Both the position numbers and the translations under genes were made by a program. Shown here in pieces: positions 52,298 to 64,000 of a stretch of 64,000 nt of DNA. The DNA is from Ramazzottius varieornatus. Lineage: Eukaryota; Animalia; Tardigrada. The first letter of the stretch is position 1; each line of letters begins with the position of its first letter. Where the stretch lies: the NCBI GenBank assembly GCA_001949185.1, contig BDGG01000013.1, positions 751,845-815,844 on the forward strand, written 5' to 3'. The notes under the pieces were generated by a model. It was not told the DNA's origin. It saw only the letters and a list, made by a program, of their open reading frames with translations, and made no database searches.

Positions 52298-54573
52298 TCT
52301 GTGGTTTTGTCTTACTGTAGGAAATTTTGCGGTGAAGTCCAACTGTACTCGTCTGGCGATCGACAAGCCGACCGTTGGACCGGAAGCCATTGCCACGCTG
52401 CGCACAAGCGTTTACCAGCACGGCACGCCGAACTATGAATGTCGGCGGTTTTACGTTTCGTTCTGGGTCCGCTTCTCAGACCGGCCAGTCTTCACCGAAA
52501 ATCCCGAAGACGAGTTGCGGTTTTTCCTGAGCCTGCAGTTATTTCGTCCACGTCAGACCACAAACGCGACGTTACCTCAAATCAAACTGTGGGGAAAAGA
52601 GGCGTCTGATTTTACAGGCATTGAGAAAAACGAGTGGTATTCTGTTTCAGCCAACTTTACGGAAAACGAACCTTTCAGTCTTGTGTTTTTCGCTCACCAC
52701 AAAAACAACTGTACAAACCCAGAAGTCAGCGGAGTCATCCTTATTGATGACTTTGTTACAACAACAGGTAAAAGGGCTGCGCGCGGTTCTAACTTATTCG
52801 TACTTGCACATGATCAGTGAGAATATCTGGAAGTATTGAGGTCATCGATATCTTTTGAATCGGATTATTCCATTCGGGTAATTGGCTCTTCCTTGCGTTG
52901 AGCAGATTGCGCGAGACCGATAACCATCCCAGCGACGCCCGACTCTACCACACTGAGGTTTACCACAAGGCCAAACACGACATCAAAAACCCCAATGATA
53001 ACGACTGCGACAAAGCTGTCCACAACATCACAGCCAACACCGAACTCCGGACCTACTATTCGTGAAACAGTTCCACAAAGGACAACCGTGTTAACAACAC
53101 CTGCGCCACTAACCTGCGCAAACATCAGCACTCGTTGTATGGGCTACGCCGAGCGTACTCTGTTCCGCCGAAAGCTGTCCTGCTCTTTCGAGAATATTGA
53201 CCTTTCAATCCAGACAGCTGACCGTTACAAATTACCGGTTTGCGGTCCAACCGAGCCATCCTACGAGACAGGAGCCCTCGACGTGTGGAGAACCACTGCA
53301 TGATACCCGTATCAGTTTCAGTTTAACAGCCAAAATGCTGTTGAAGGTAACTTCTCCACCAGTTGCCTTAGAAGAAAGTCCCTCTAAGTATCGCATTTTG
53401 ACACTCACAGGTGATTTCTCCGTAAAATCCAACTGTATGCGTTCGCGATTTCCTTCAAGTGCGATTTCGAGCTTCAACGCCACCGCCGCTCTGCGCAGTA
53501 GCCCGTTCGACGTGAGCACCGAGTGCCGCCATTTTTATGTTTCGTTTCGGGTGCGCTTCTCGGAAGAGCCGACATACTCAGAACATCACAGTGATCGGAA
53601 TCGATTTTTCCTCAGTCTTGGCTTGTACTACACTTCAGGCCAGACTTCCGACACAATATCCAATCTGCCCAAAATGGTCTTGTGGGGTGGCAGCCGGTCA
53701 GATTTTGTCCGCATGACCGGAAACAAGTGGTACCATGTCGACACTGAGTTCCTCGGACAAGAGACGTTTTGTTTGGTATTCTTCGCCCACCATAGAAACG
53801 AATGCTCGAGAGACGGCGGAGAAATCTACTTAGACGACGTCACAACTCACACGGGTAAGCATATGGTGTCACTCGCATCACTCTTTGCTGCTATTCTCTT
53901 TCCCATGTGACACGCGATAGTACATGCTGGTTTTTTTCAGACTGCGTCAGGCCACCCCGTGCAAAGTGACTAAAAACATGGCGCCAACAGGAGTGACCTC
54001 ATATTGACTTCGGAATGACCTCGTGTAAACTAAACACCTACTTCACTGTTGTTTTGCTAAGAAAATTTCAAGCTGGAACAAGTCGGTGTTTTTCGCTGTC
54101 TGTGCGGTCATGCTTTATTTGCCTTTATCGCGCCTCATGTACGTAATAAGTGAACCCATCACATAACCGTACTCTCGTAGCAATGGGCTTAACTACGAAA
54201 GCCGAACAATGTAATTTAGTGGACAAGAAGAGATACTATTGTTTGAGATGCGCCATCAGAAGGTGATTATCACCCCGGAATGTTTGCTCAATGCTTGTCC
54301 GGCGCGGGTCTACGCATAGTTATGTCTACAAGTGGCATACTCATTCATATGAAGCAGCTGGACCTTGCCATGGTTCCTGCCTGCGATATTTCGAATTCCC
54401 CTAGTTTGTATTTGATTGTTCAGTCGTTGTCACAGACTGGGTTTGTCCTTCCTTGCTCCTGCATAGCGTGAATGATGGCTCGAAATGGGTTCTTTTGTGT
54501 GATGGCCAGAACGTACTTACCTTGACATGAGATCGTTGGCTCATCGTTTTATTCCAGAAGGACTGTATCGGTC

Positions 54574-57500
54574 ATGGGTTCGAAGATGAGTTACTATTTT
54601 GATGCATTCATCTTTTTTCTGATGACGACTCTTATTGGGCATAACTGTGCAGTGGGAGGATTGGCAAACTTCACTGACGAGAATGACTTCTCATCTCCAC
54701 TGCTTACTTGTCGCGACCCCGCCGACACCTGTTTTAGCGATGAAGACAATAATGTGCTTGATTTCTTCTTATCCTGCTCGTTCGAAGACATTGATGAGAC
54801 CATAACATTACCTCCTTCTCGACGATATCTTCCAGTTTGCGGACCAGTGGATGCAACCAACAATATGTGGAAAAACATACCGTGGTATCCGTACCAGTTC
54901 CGGTACACCGATGATAGAAAAGAGGGTAACGAAGAAATGTAGTTTTTGTAAGCCACTCGAATATAGAATTTCTCGTCAAATTTTCACACAATGCCAAAGC
55001 ATATGTCACCATTACGCTGTCTTCTGTAGTTTCGTCTTGCTGTAGGAAATTTTGCGGTGAAGTCCAACTGTACTCGTCTGGCGATCGACAAGCCGACCGT
55101 TGGACCGGAAGCCATAGCCACACTGCGCACAAGCGTTTACCAGCACGGCACGCCGAACTATGAATGTCGGCGGTTTTACGTTTCGTTCTGGGTCCGCTTC
55201 TCAGACCGGCCAGTCTTCACCGAAAATCCCGAAGACGAGTTGCGGTTTTTCCTGAGCCTGCAGTTATTTCGTCCACGTCAGACCACAAACGCGACGTTAC
55301 CTCAAATCAAACTGTGGGGAAAAGAGGCGTCTGATTTTACAGGCATTGAGAAAAACGAGTGGTATTCTGTTTCAGCCAACTTTACGGAAAACGAACCTTT
55401 CAGTCTTGTGTTTTTCGCTCACCACAAAAACAACTGTACAAACCCAGAACACAGTGGAGTTATCTTTGTCGATGAAGTTATTACAACAACAGGTTAGTTA
55501 ACTGTTTTTCGTACCTTCGTGCATGTCAGCAGTGGAAAGTCGGTGACATGAACGACCGTCGAAAAGCATCGTTTTCCGTGATCATGTGCTACCTGTGTTC
55601 AATACCGTAGAATCATAGGAAATAATGCGTTTCCTGCATTTTACAAATAGTTGTTAGTGATTGTACAATTAGGAAGTTCGGATTGGTACAAATTGGATTA
55701 GTATAATAATCAGTCGGACTAGTTTACTCCGGGTAACGGGTTTTTTGCTTATCTTGAATAGACTGTGTACCAACAACGACACCACCACCGACAACCACCC
55801 CGACGACCACCACAGCTACAACAACCACAGCATCGACCACGTTGACGATGACAAAACCACCTGACGAAAATACAACAACACCTGCAACTACACTTAAAAC
55901 CACACTTGAAACGACATCTACTAGTACGCTTACTCCAACTACCACCATACCCGGTGAGGTGACTTCCACTGACGACGTGGAAGAGAGTACTTCTACATCA
56001 ACGGGGATCGAGACGACCACAAATGTCCCAACGTCAACTGATTCAACTTCTGAAAGTACGAAAACCACCACAGAAGAAACGACACTAGATCCAACAGTAT
56101 CTGCAACTTCAACAGACACATCGACCGAGTCAACCACCGAGACTCCTGAAGCGTCGAGCGAATCGACCACCACTTTGGAGACCAGCACAGTACTCCCCAC
56201 GGAAGAGTCGACTTCTACTTCGTCGACTGTAACCACAACGCCAGATGTCGCAACTTCGTCGAGCACAGCAAACACCACTACAGATGAGACTGCAGAAACA
56301 ACAAACTCAACTGTTGTCACTGACTCAACCGAAACTTCCACAATCCCGACTACCAACACACCTGAACCATCAAGTGAAACCACGACGCCAGTTGACACTA
56401 CAGTTTCAACCATCCCGCCAAATGAAACCACAACCGACCCCACCACTAAACCAAGTACCAACGTAACCATTTCGTCCACGCCGTTACCAATTGACACGAC
56501 AACAGAAAGCCCTACATCCCCATCAACCACCGAAACAATCTCCTCAACGACCAACACCACCACGACTTCAGCCTTAATTACGACAAGTCCGGCCATCGTG
56601 AGCTCGACCACAACGGAAGAGCCAAATGTAACCAGCGCAACCATCACGACAGAAAAGCCGGGTGTTGGAAGCTCTTCGACCACGACCACTTTATCGACCT
56701 CACCAACCACAATCGACCCTATAACTACCACTTCTCCAACCACAAGCGCAGTTTCCACCACGACACGCCCATTGCCCACTTGCCCAGAAGACCAGGTGGT
56801 AGACCCGGTTACCTTCGAATGTCGCTGCCCTGTCAGTCATTACTGCACTGCAAATACTGATGGAAGTTCACGGTGCTCTGAATGTGAGGACCTAGCTAAC
56901 ATTGTTTCAACTATAAATCAAACAGACTGATAAAACGTTCAACATCTCGTTCAAGATCGTTCAAGATCAAGTCACAGTTACACAAAGTTGTTGTGATGTT
57001 TTTTTCTAGATGCCACCCTTGTTGAAAGTACCCTCTGCATGGATAGCTTCACGTTTGATCCTGCTCTCCAAGACAAAAATTCCGCACTATACCGTGAATA
57101 CAACGCCTCTGTGGTAAACGCGGTGAGTTTCCTGACGAAAACTGAGGTTATAATTATAGTTCTCGAATCTCGACACACACAGTTCATTCTTCTGTTATGC
57201 TTCCAGACGAATGTCAAATTGGTAAACGCTAGCATTATGGGTGCGGAAGTCATAGTAGTCGAACTCAGAGACGGCTCAGTCATCGCGGAAACTCTAATAC
57301 GTCACAGGGACGGATCTGTGGCCGGTAACTCGCAGATACGGGATGCTATCAATTCAACATGGGATCCCATCACAGTAGGCGATGTGACGTCTGCTGTCAT
57401 TCCAACCGAAGTTCGCGCGTACAACCGCTGCCTTGTCGAAGGGAGACCATTATGCGCTCTGAATACGTCACGGTGCGAGTTTTACCCTGACACTGGGAGA

Positions 57501-58372
57501 AGCGTATGCGCATGTCTTGGGGGCTTTGTTGGAAATCCAAATGACCCCTACCGGTGTCGGGATGCTTGCGTGGTTCATCCTTGCGGGGCCAACGTGGACC
57601 GATGTGTGGGGAAAGAGAAAGCGCCGAAACAACGAGAATGTGTGTGCAAAAAGGGATACACTCACTGGTCAAGTAAAGACGCATGTCACGGTAAGCAGAA
57701 ATTAAATGAAGGAAAGCGAGGCTGTATAGTTTTCGTGTCCATAGCTGAATACCGCCGTTACTGTAAAGATTGACTCAAACTTTCTGTACTGCTTCAGACG
57801 AGTTACTACCACTGTATATTTCGCTGGGAATCGTGGTACCACTATTGATTTGTTGGATCGCAGTCTTGTTTTACATGGCACGAAGGTTGGTTGGCTTCGT
57901 TATCGTCACGCTGAGTTGGAAATTCTATACGCGCAGCGCTATTACTTTTAGGAAGAAACGGATGGGTACGGCAACCCGGATGAAATCTAGAGGTAACACC
58001 TACGCAGACCGAATTTCCATTACTGAGCTTCCAGACCGATACAACGACTACGCACCCAATGCTAATGTCGGACGTGGCTCGGTTGTAAGCGACTTTAGCT
58101 CCGACTCGGATCGAACTTCTTCACAGGTACATAAGGTACAGGGGTTTCTTGCCCAATTCAAATTGTGACTGAAATCTAATACTTTGTTTTAGAATTACAC
58201 TCAAGAAACGAGGCTCACGAAAACCTTCGAGCAGAGTCATTACGCACAAGGTGATTTACGGGTTCGTGCACGCGCTCCACGAAGCGTACCGCGACTCGCA
58301 GTACCGGATGACTTTGAGACGACATCTGTTGATACCGAAAGACAGTCTTACTTAGACTACGACAACTCTTAA
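54574..58372 (+). CDS. Transmembrane mucin: signal + MAM-like + Thr/Ser mucin + SEA + 2 EGF-like + TM + cytoplasmic tail
   Basis: CSFED MAM start; ~330-aa T/S/P tract; SEA-like F.PALQDKNSALY and LRDGSVIA; EGF cysteine patterns; TM LYISLGIVVPLLICWIAVLFYMA. Introns join in frame. Confidence 0.85.
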
Positions 58373-58562
58373 TCTGGAAATTTACGACCATATTGGTCCG
58401 TGCTCTGGATGTCTTATATTGAGTTCGATTTAAAGCGATCTTTGAAAGAGGGTTGCTCAGTCTACGTTATGTGAAATCCTTGCACATGCGATGTGTTGGC
58501 AGAAGCAATTACCGTGGCCTGCAATATTCACTTCATTTCAGAACACTGAAAGGTATGGTAAC

Positions 58563-60089
58563 TCAGGGCAGTTTGGGATTAAACACGAGAAACCTTACGT
58601 TGATTTTTGCAATGAGTACGGAAGCATACTGCCGAATATTCGATGTCTCGTTAAAGCCCTCATTCCGTTCCACGAGAAAGCACAAGTAGCCAACCATCAG
58701 CGCCAGCAACTGAAAATTCCAAAGCGTGAGTCAACAGGAAATTTTTTACTGTAGCACCTACTGTAAAACATTTACCCCGGCGAACGAGCGCGAGTCCACG
58801 AACTTTAGCATTCCAATCTCCACCGCTAGGGGTCGCTTCTCAATGTTGCACAGTAGTGTCTCTAAGCTTTCCACCAGTAGTGATCGATCCCCGCGGTACA
58901 TCGACTTCGCGGCACGAGGTGGAAAATTCATTGTCAGGCTCAGTGAGCGAAGTTCTTGGATCTCCAGTCGACCGATACTTTCAGCCATGTTTGGCACAAA
59001 TCTTGACTCTAGAAGTTAGAAAATTCGACCTATTTCAAACACGAGCGAGGCCACATTCCCAAAGTATCACTGTCTTGCCTTCTTGTAGTTATTCGCGCTA
59101 CGCAGCATGATGATCATGTAAATGGTGACAGGTATACCCAAGAAAGAGATGAGATCAATCCACTGGTCCCTAACCAAGACGTCCAGAGAATTCTGGAAGA
59201 ATGCTGCCAGCGCGGTAAAGATACTGACAGTGGCTACTGCTAACTCAAAACCAATCAGAGTCTTGAACCCGTTCTCGGCACACTGACCCCATGAAATCAA
59301 CTGCGAGTGCTGAGAGTGTAGCTTCCTTGTCAGTAGCAGCATCTTCGTGCGTTTGTCGTTGTCAGCAATACACGACGAGTCTTTGGAGCTTTCCAAGAGC
59401 TCGGTGGCCGTTGAGGTTATCTCTTCCATTGCAACATTGGGTAGTCCGATTATGATAACGGCTAAACCCGCCAGCGCACCGTTGGAGAACTCTGAGATGC
59501 TCAAGATAGTGCCGGAAATTAGGTTCAGTGTCTCCGTTGGAAAATTACCAAAGATAATGTGTGGGCTGGTATCCGATAGGTAATAGATGGTGTAACTCCT
59601 GATTCGGCCAGCCCAGTGAACGAACCAAATACAGAAGGCATAAAGCGTCGCCAGATGAAGTTGAAGGGACAGTTGGTCATGCCCCCACTTGTGACCACTA
59701 AAGTGGCTGAGAAAAGCCTTGAAGGAGAAAAGCAAGGCTTCGGTAATTTCTGCGCGGTTGATGGCGGCATAGGTGAAGATCAGGGCGTTGCTGGAACGCC
59801 GAAGAACGACGCGAAGTTCGTAAATGAGTTCAATAAGGTTTGATCCACCATTGGCGATGGCTTTGGCGGTTGAGTTATCTGCGACGGCGGTACCCACGAC
59901 AATATTAGGCTTGAGTAGGAGCTTGACGAGGATGTCAGTGAGAACCACGAGCCAGCTAGCGACAATTACAAATGTACGAAGAGAGGAAGGGAAATGAATG
60001 CTGCACGGGTGCTTCTTGTGGTGAGACGGGCTCGTGTAGAGACCGACGAAGCGCAGTTCGAGTAAGATGAAGTGCGAAAAAATACCCAT
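58563..60089 (-). CDS. Gustatory-receptor-like 7TM chemoreceptor
   Basis: Long multi-TM first exon; C-terminal exons RPLAVEIGMLKFVD and LLALMVGYLCFLVE (similar to TYxxxxxQF) separated by a phase-0 intron. The junction near 59000-59075 is unresolved. Confidence 0.65.
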
Positions 60090-60555
60090 GTTGCAGCGTT
60101 GCCGGACTATCACCTTTGCAAGTGAAAGATCTCGAAAGAATTCACGGCAAGGTGTCCAACATCTAGGAAGGATACTCAAAATGAGAGATTCGGAAATGTG
60201 GTCAGATGCTTTTAACGAAGGAGGTGCGAGCGACAATGGTGGATGTATGGCTGAGGGTGTCGGTATGATTGGCAGCTAAACAAACAGTCATATAAGTTGC
60301 AGACAGTCTCCACGGACACCGAACCGATGGACGGGCGTGAGTGACCCGCTGGATAGAGGACTTGCATCGCAGGAAGATTGTTGATAGGTTTGTTTGTTAA
60401 CACCTGCAGCACCACGTGTTTTACGTCAAAATTGATCCATGAGGTGCGAAACGATCCCAGAGTTTCTGACTGGTTTAAGAACGCGCGCCACCGCCCCTTG
60501 ACCAATAGCAACGTCCCCATCATGACCGGCGCATGACACCAAGTGTAGTAATCAT

Positions 60556-61036
60556 TTAATCCATCACTTCATCGGGGAAACACCGGACTGTAGAACAACC
60601 AACCTCCCCAAGTTTACTAATACGACGTGAAGCTATTCTTCTCACACTCAGAACGAGTTACAGTTTCAGTAGACTTGTGGTGCAATTGACAGACAGGGAT
60701 ATTACAGAACGAACACACTGCTCTCGTTTTCTTGTCCGTTGAACGTGGGCACAGCTGGCATCTTCTCTGCACTTTCGATCCGGTCGGTGTGTGCTGCAAG
60801 ACGACTTGGGCAGGAGGATCTACGTTTAGCCCAACAACTGTACTGACTTTCAGCGCCTTGTTGATGACGGATTTTGTTGCGACAGGAAGGTTAACGACAT
60901 GACGTCGCCGTTCTAGATGGCTCTTCATGAGTTCTTTGCTTAGCTCTTCCAGGTACTCTCTGCGCTTGATCTTCGAGCTGGCCTTCCATGTAGGGTGAGT
61001 TTCACACCAGACAACGTACCCGTTCAGTGCCACCAT
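60556..61036 (-). mobile_element. piggyBac transposase C-terminal remnant
   Basis: ALNGYVVW, RREYLEELSKEL and the Cys-rich domain RRCQLC...CSFCNIPVCQLH. TTAA near 60556. Confidence 0.8.
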
Positions 61037-62585
61037 CGAAGCTGGGAAAGAAAGCCTACAAAAAGCAAGGGTTATTGTGAGATCAACTTGTTACCACAGC
61101 TTGTAAATCCAGAGTCCTGGCAGTTCTTACCCTTCCTTTGCGAAAGCGGACTGAAGTTCCTTGAGGTGCGACATGACGACAAAATACTTGAGGATAAAAC
61201 GAGGGAGTAAGATGGAAAGAGAGAACGTGAAACTCGAGATAAAATGAGAGCGAAAAATGGCAGCCGAAATTCACGAAATAACTATATGAACACCAGTCGA
61301 CGAAACCTGATGGTATGTGCGGTGGTAGTCAGCCCAGTGACAGGGGGAACGCCCTTCGGCGGCACTTCGAAATTTTCGGCCACTTCGATTTTATCTGTTG
61401 AGTATAAAAACAATTCCCACCGAATCTGACAATGGCATACGAGACAGGAGGTAACTCTCAACGTTTGCCTTTCTTTGAAAGTAATCCATGAAGCGACAAA
61501 AATCATATAAATTCATAAAGCCGCGGAGGCCCAATCTACCACCGCCGAAACTTCGATTTGCTAGAGTCGTTCGCTACAGCTGGGCACGGGCTAACCATCT
61601 TCATCTGATAGAGGAAGATTTTGCCCAGGCAAAGCAAAAAAAAGCAGGCTGATCGACTGAATGCGAAGCTCGCAACAGCGCAGTGACGGTGCTTTTGGGA
61701 TCGTTTCGATCCCATGGTGCTGCAGGTGTTGAGTTGCAGCCAGCAGGTGGGTCAGGCTCGGTATGTTGAGGTCGCCGCGGTGTCAGGTTCCTGACACGTG
61801 TCGCGCTGTCGATACTAGGCCATGACATAGCAGCGTGCAAGCTAAACCGCGTCTTTGCCATGCCGACTCTGTATCGCTGACGCTATCCCGGTTTTCGTCA
61901 GACTGGAAGATATACAGCAACGTCGGTGAAACAAATTCCGAGGTACTAGCTGTGCCTGGGTACCGTTGGGGAAGAAACTCGCCTTTGCAGTAGCCGACGA
62001 CTGGGGAAACCACCCCATAGCCCTTGGACTTCACCTAATCAGTCAATCGATGAACATGGCGATTTGAGCTGCCCTCTCTTGGCAGCCCGGCGGTCAGAAG
62101 TTTTCCTGTTCCATGGGCCATGGCACATGAGCTGAAGTGCGCAGGTTGCGTTTTGTCGCTTCTGACTTCTGGCCGATCGACACGTCATCCCGGCCGACTG
62201 TATGGTGTACGGTTGATCAGTGGCACTGCCACATTTCTACCTCGGTCCACCGATCAGCCGATCGTGACCGAACAAACTGAACGCGTGGGAGCGTAACCTG
62301 TCCATTGTAGCTCGTGTGCCATATGGTGCATGGGACAGAAAACCCTCTGCCGGCGGTCAATCCATCATCCCCACTTCGTTTTATGCCGCTGTTCTCATTC
62401 CAGTCAGCATTTTGTCTTGTCGACGTTTCAATTCTTTCCCAATTCCCACCCGATCAAACATTCTCCATTCGACTTTCCGCGCAAAGAAAATTTTGTCTGC
62501 TAGTGGCTTCGTGTCTCCCGGCTCCGGAGATGGCCGATTCCCCTGTGTTCTACCAAGATTTGGACAGGTCTTCCGTAGCGAAAAG

Positions 62586-64000
62586 ATGGCCAGCAAACTA
62601 CACTCCACCAACGGAGAAGATGGGGCACCCTACATCCACGCCATGCTGGCTTCTATGCTGGTGGATGAAGCTACCTGCGACATCACTTTTAGCGTTGGAG
62701 TGGCGGATCATGTCGAGGAGATCAAAGCTCAAAAGTAAGACAGACTTCTACTCTTTCCACGTTTGCTCTTTCTGCATCTGCTAAACCGACGAACCGGATT
62801 CCTTTTTCTTCCGGAAGTGTGCTGGCTAATCGAAGCCCAGTCTTCCGCGCAATGCTCTTCGGGGCGGTGGCTGAAACTGGAACGGTCATTGAAGTGACAG
62901 ACACCATGCCAGACATCTTCAAGCTGATGACAAGGTATCTACAGCTTTTATTTATTGTATGTTTTTATTTTATTTATTTACTGTATCTGCGGTTTTTACC
63001 ATGTCTGAATGAATCCAGGCAAGGCCTACTAGCCAGAGCTTACATTGCGACCTGAGTTCTGATTTTCAGGTTCATCTACAAGGACAGCACTGGAGATATC
63101 GACGCGAGCAACCTCATCGATCTGTACTACGCCGCAAATATATACGACATCGTTCGACTAAAGGAGATCTGTGCGGACAAAGTCAAGGACTTAAACTCGA
63201 TGTACATGCCTGACGATTTCTTAATGATGGCAAGTCTAACTAAGATTCAGAAGTGGCCACGTCCCTCTCAAGGAAAAACTAAGAAGTTTCTGGTACTCTT
63301 TTCAGATGGATTTGTACGAGGACTTTGTGGTCGAGAAGCACTACAGCACGTCTGTTGCTCAAAATGCTTGGAGACTTTTCCAGAAAGAAGAATACTACAG
63401 AGACTTGCCGCTGCATCATCTGACGTACGCATGGGGACAGGATACTGGACCTGAACGTCGCAGCAAACTGCCGGAAGTTGACATCTTCAATGGAGCACTC
63501 AAGTAATTTGACTCTTTTCCGGAGGTTCACAAAATATACCGCCAGTAACTATCTGGTTTTTCAGATGGGCCAAAGCGGAATGTGCGCGCAAGCGGTTTCT
63601 CAATGACGAGCCGAAATCCCAGCGAACAGTACTAAATGATGCCACAAACCTCTTCTGCTTCCTACGAATGTCTCTGGACGAGTTTCACGAAGTGATCAAA
63701 CCGGTATGCCAACTTGTTCACATTTTTTAGTTTGGGTGGTTGATGGTTCTGTCAGGTCATCTGACGAGGGAACGGTCAGGACGATCAGACACCGATCTTC
63801 GTTTTGATGCTTTCACCTGATAGGTAGGTTTCTTAGCTTACTATAAAAAGCAGGAAGAGATGCTATGAACCCCTCGCTGGAGCTGGAGAAAATCCTGAAA
63901 GCGTGGAGCCATTGTCTACCCCGTAAAGCACCACCAAGTTCTTGGGGTGTCTCCTGGTCCTGTATCACGGGTAGCAGGAGTCACCAGCAGCAAAAACGAA
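62586..64000 (+). CDS. BTB/POZ(-BACK) domain protein, probably continuing beyond the window
   Basis: CDITFSVG, VLANRSPVFRAMLFG, IFKLMTR|FIYKD, LYYAANIYDIVRLKEIC, EVDIFNGALK|WAKAEC, FLRMSLDEF, joined by GT-AG introns. Confidence 0.85.

Larger units (their letters stand above)
47237..53969 (+). pseudogene. Secreted protein with two MAM-like domains; hAT inserted in an intron; nonsense codon in the second MAM
   Basis: Signal exon at 47237. MAM-like exons ~47862-48004, 52321-52767, 52905-53346 and 53411-53853. TGA at 53301-53303 replaces the Trp of the paralogue's WYPYQF. Confidence 0.7.

Noticed and set aside
55724-56779. 351-aa Val-rich minus-strand ORF
   Set aside because: Antisense shadow of the mucin exon.

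Overview
Compact, intron-containing animal genomic DNA: short GT-AG introns of mostly 60-130 nt and roughly mid-range GC. The gene content is suggestive of a tardigrade such as Ramazzottius, but that is inference only. Host genes: an ankyrin/Mind-bomb-repeat/kinase fusion, a CBM14-chitin deacetylase, two astacins, a GPCR remnant, an intronless plant-type UGT, a GT8 xylosyltransferase, a GLUT pseudogene, a mucin-hemopexin protein, an MS4A-like protein, two MAM-domain paralogues (one a MAM-mucin-SEA-EGF-TM protein), a gustatory-receptor-like gene and a BTB gene. The window is dense in DNA transposons whose TIRs and TSDs can be read directly: two hATs, a DD37D mariner, a DD35D pogo, a piggyBac remnant, an RLE-type retroposon remnant and about ten MITEs. 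Top leads: (1) a TIR element with a TTAA-type target duplication that exactly forms an intron (introner-like); (2) an old MITE inside a coding exon of an otherwise intact chitin deacetylase; (3) a 7.4-kb cargo-carrying insertion without recognisable termini that cleanly splits a GLUT exon; (4) novel domain architectures; (5) an exon-limited gene-conversion tract. Exon models were built by eye and no database searches were run.
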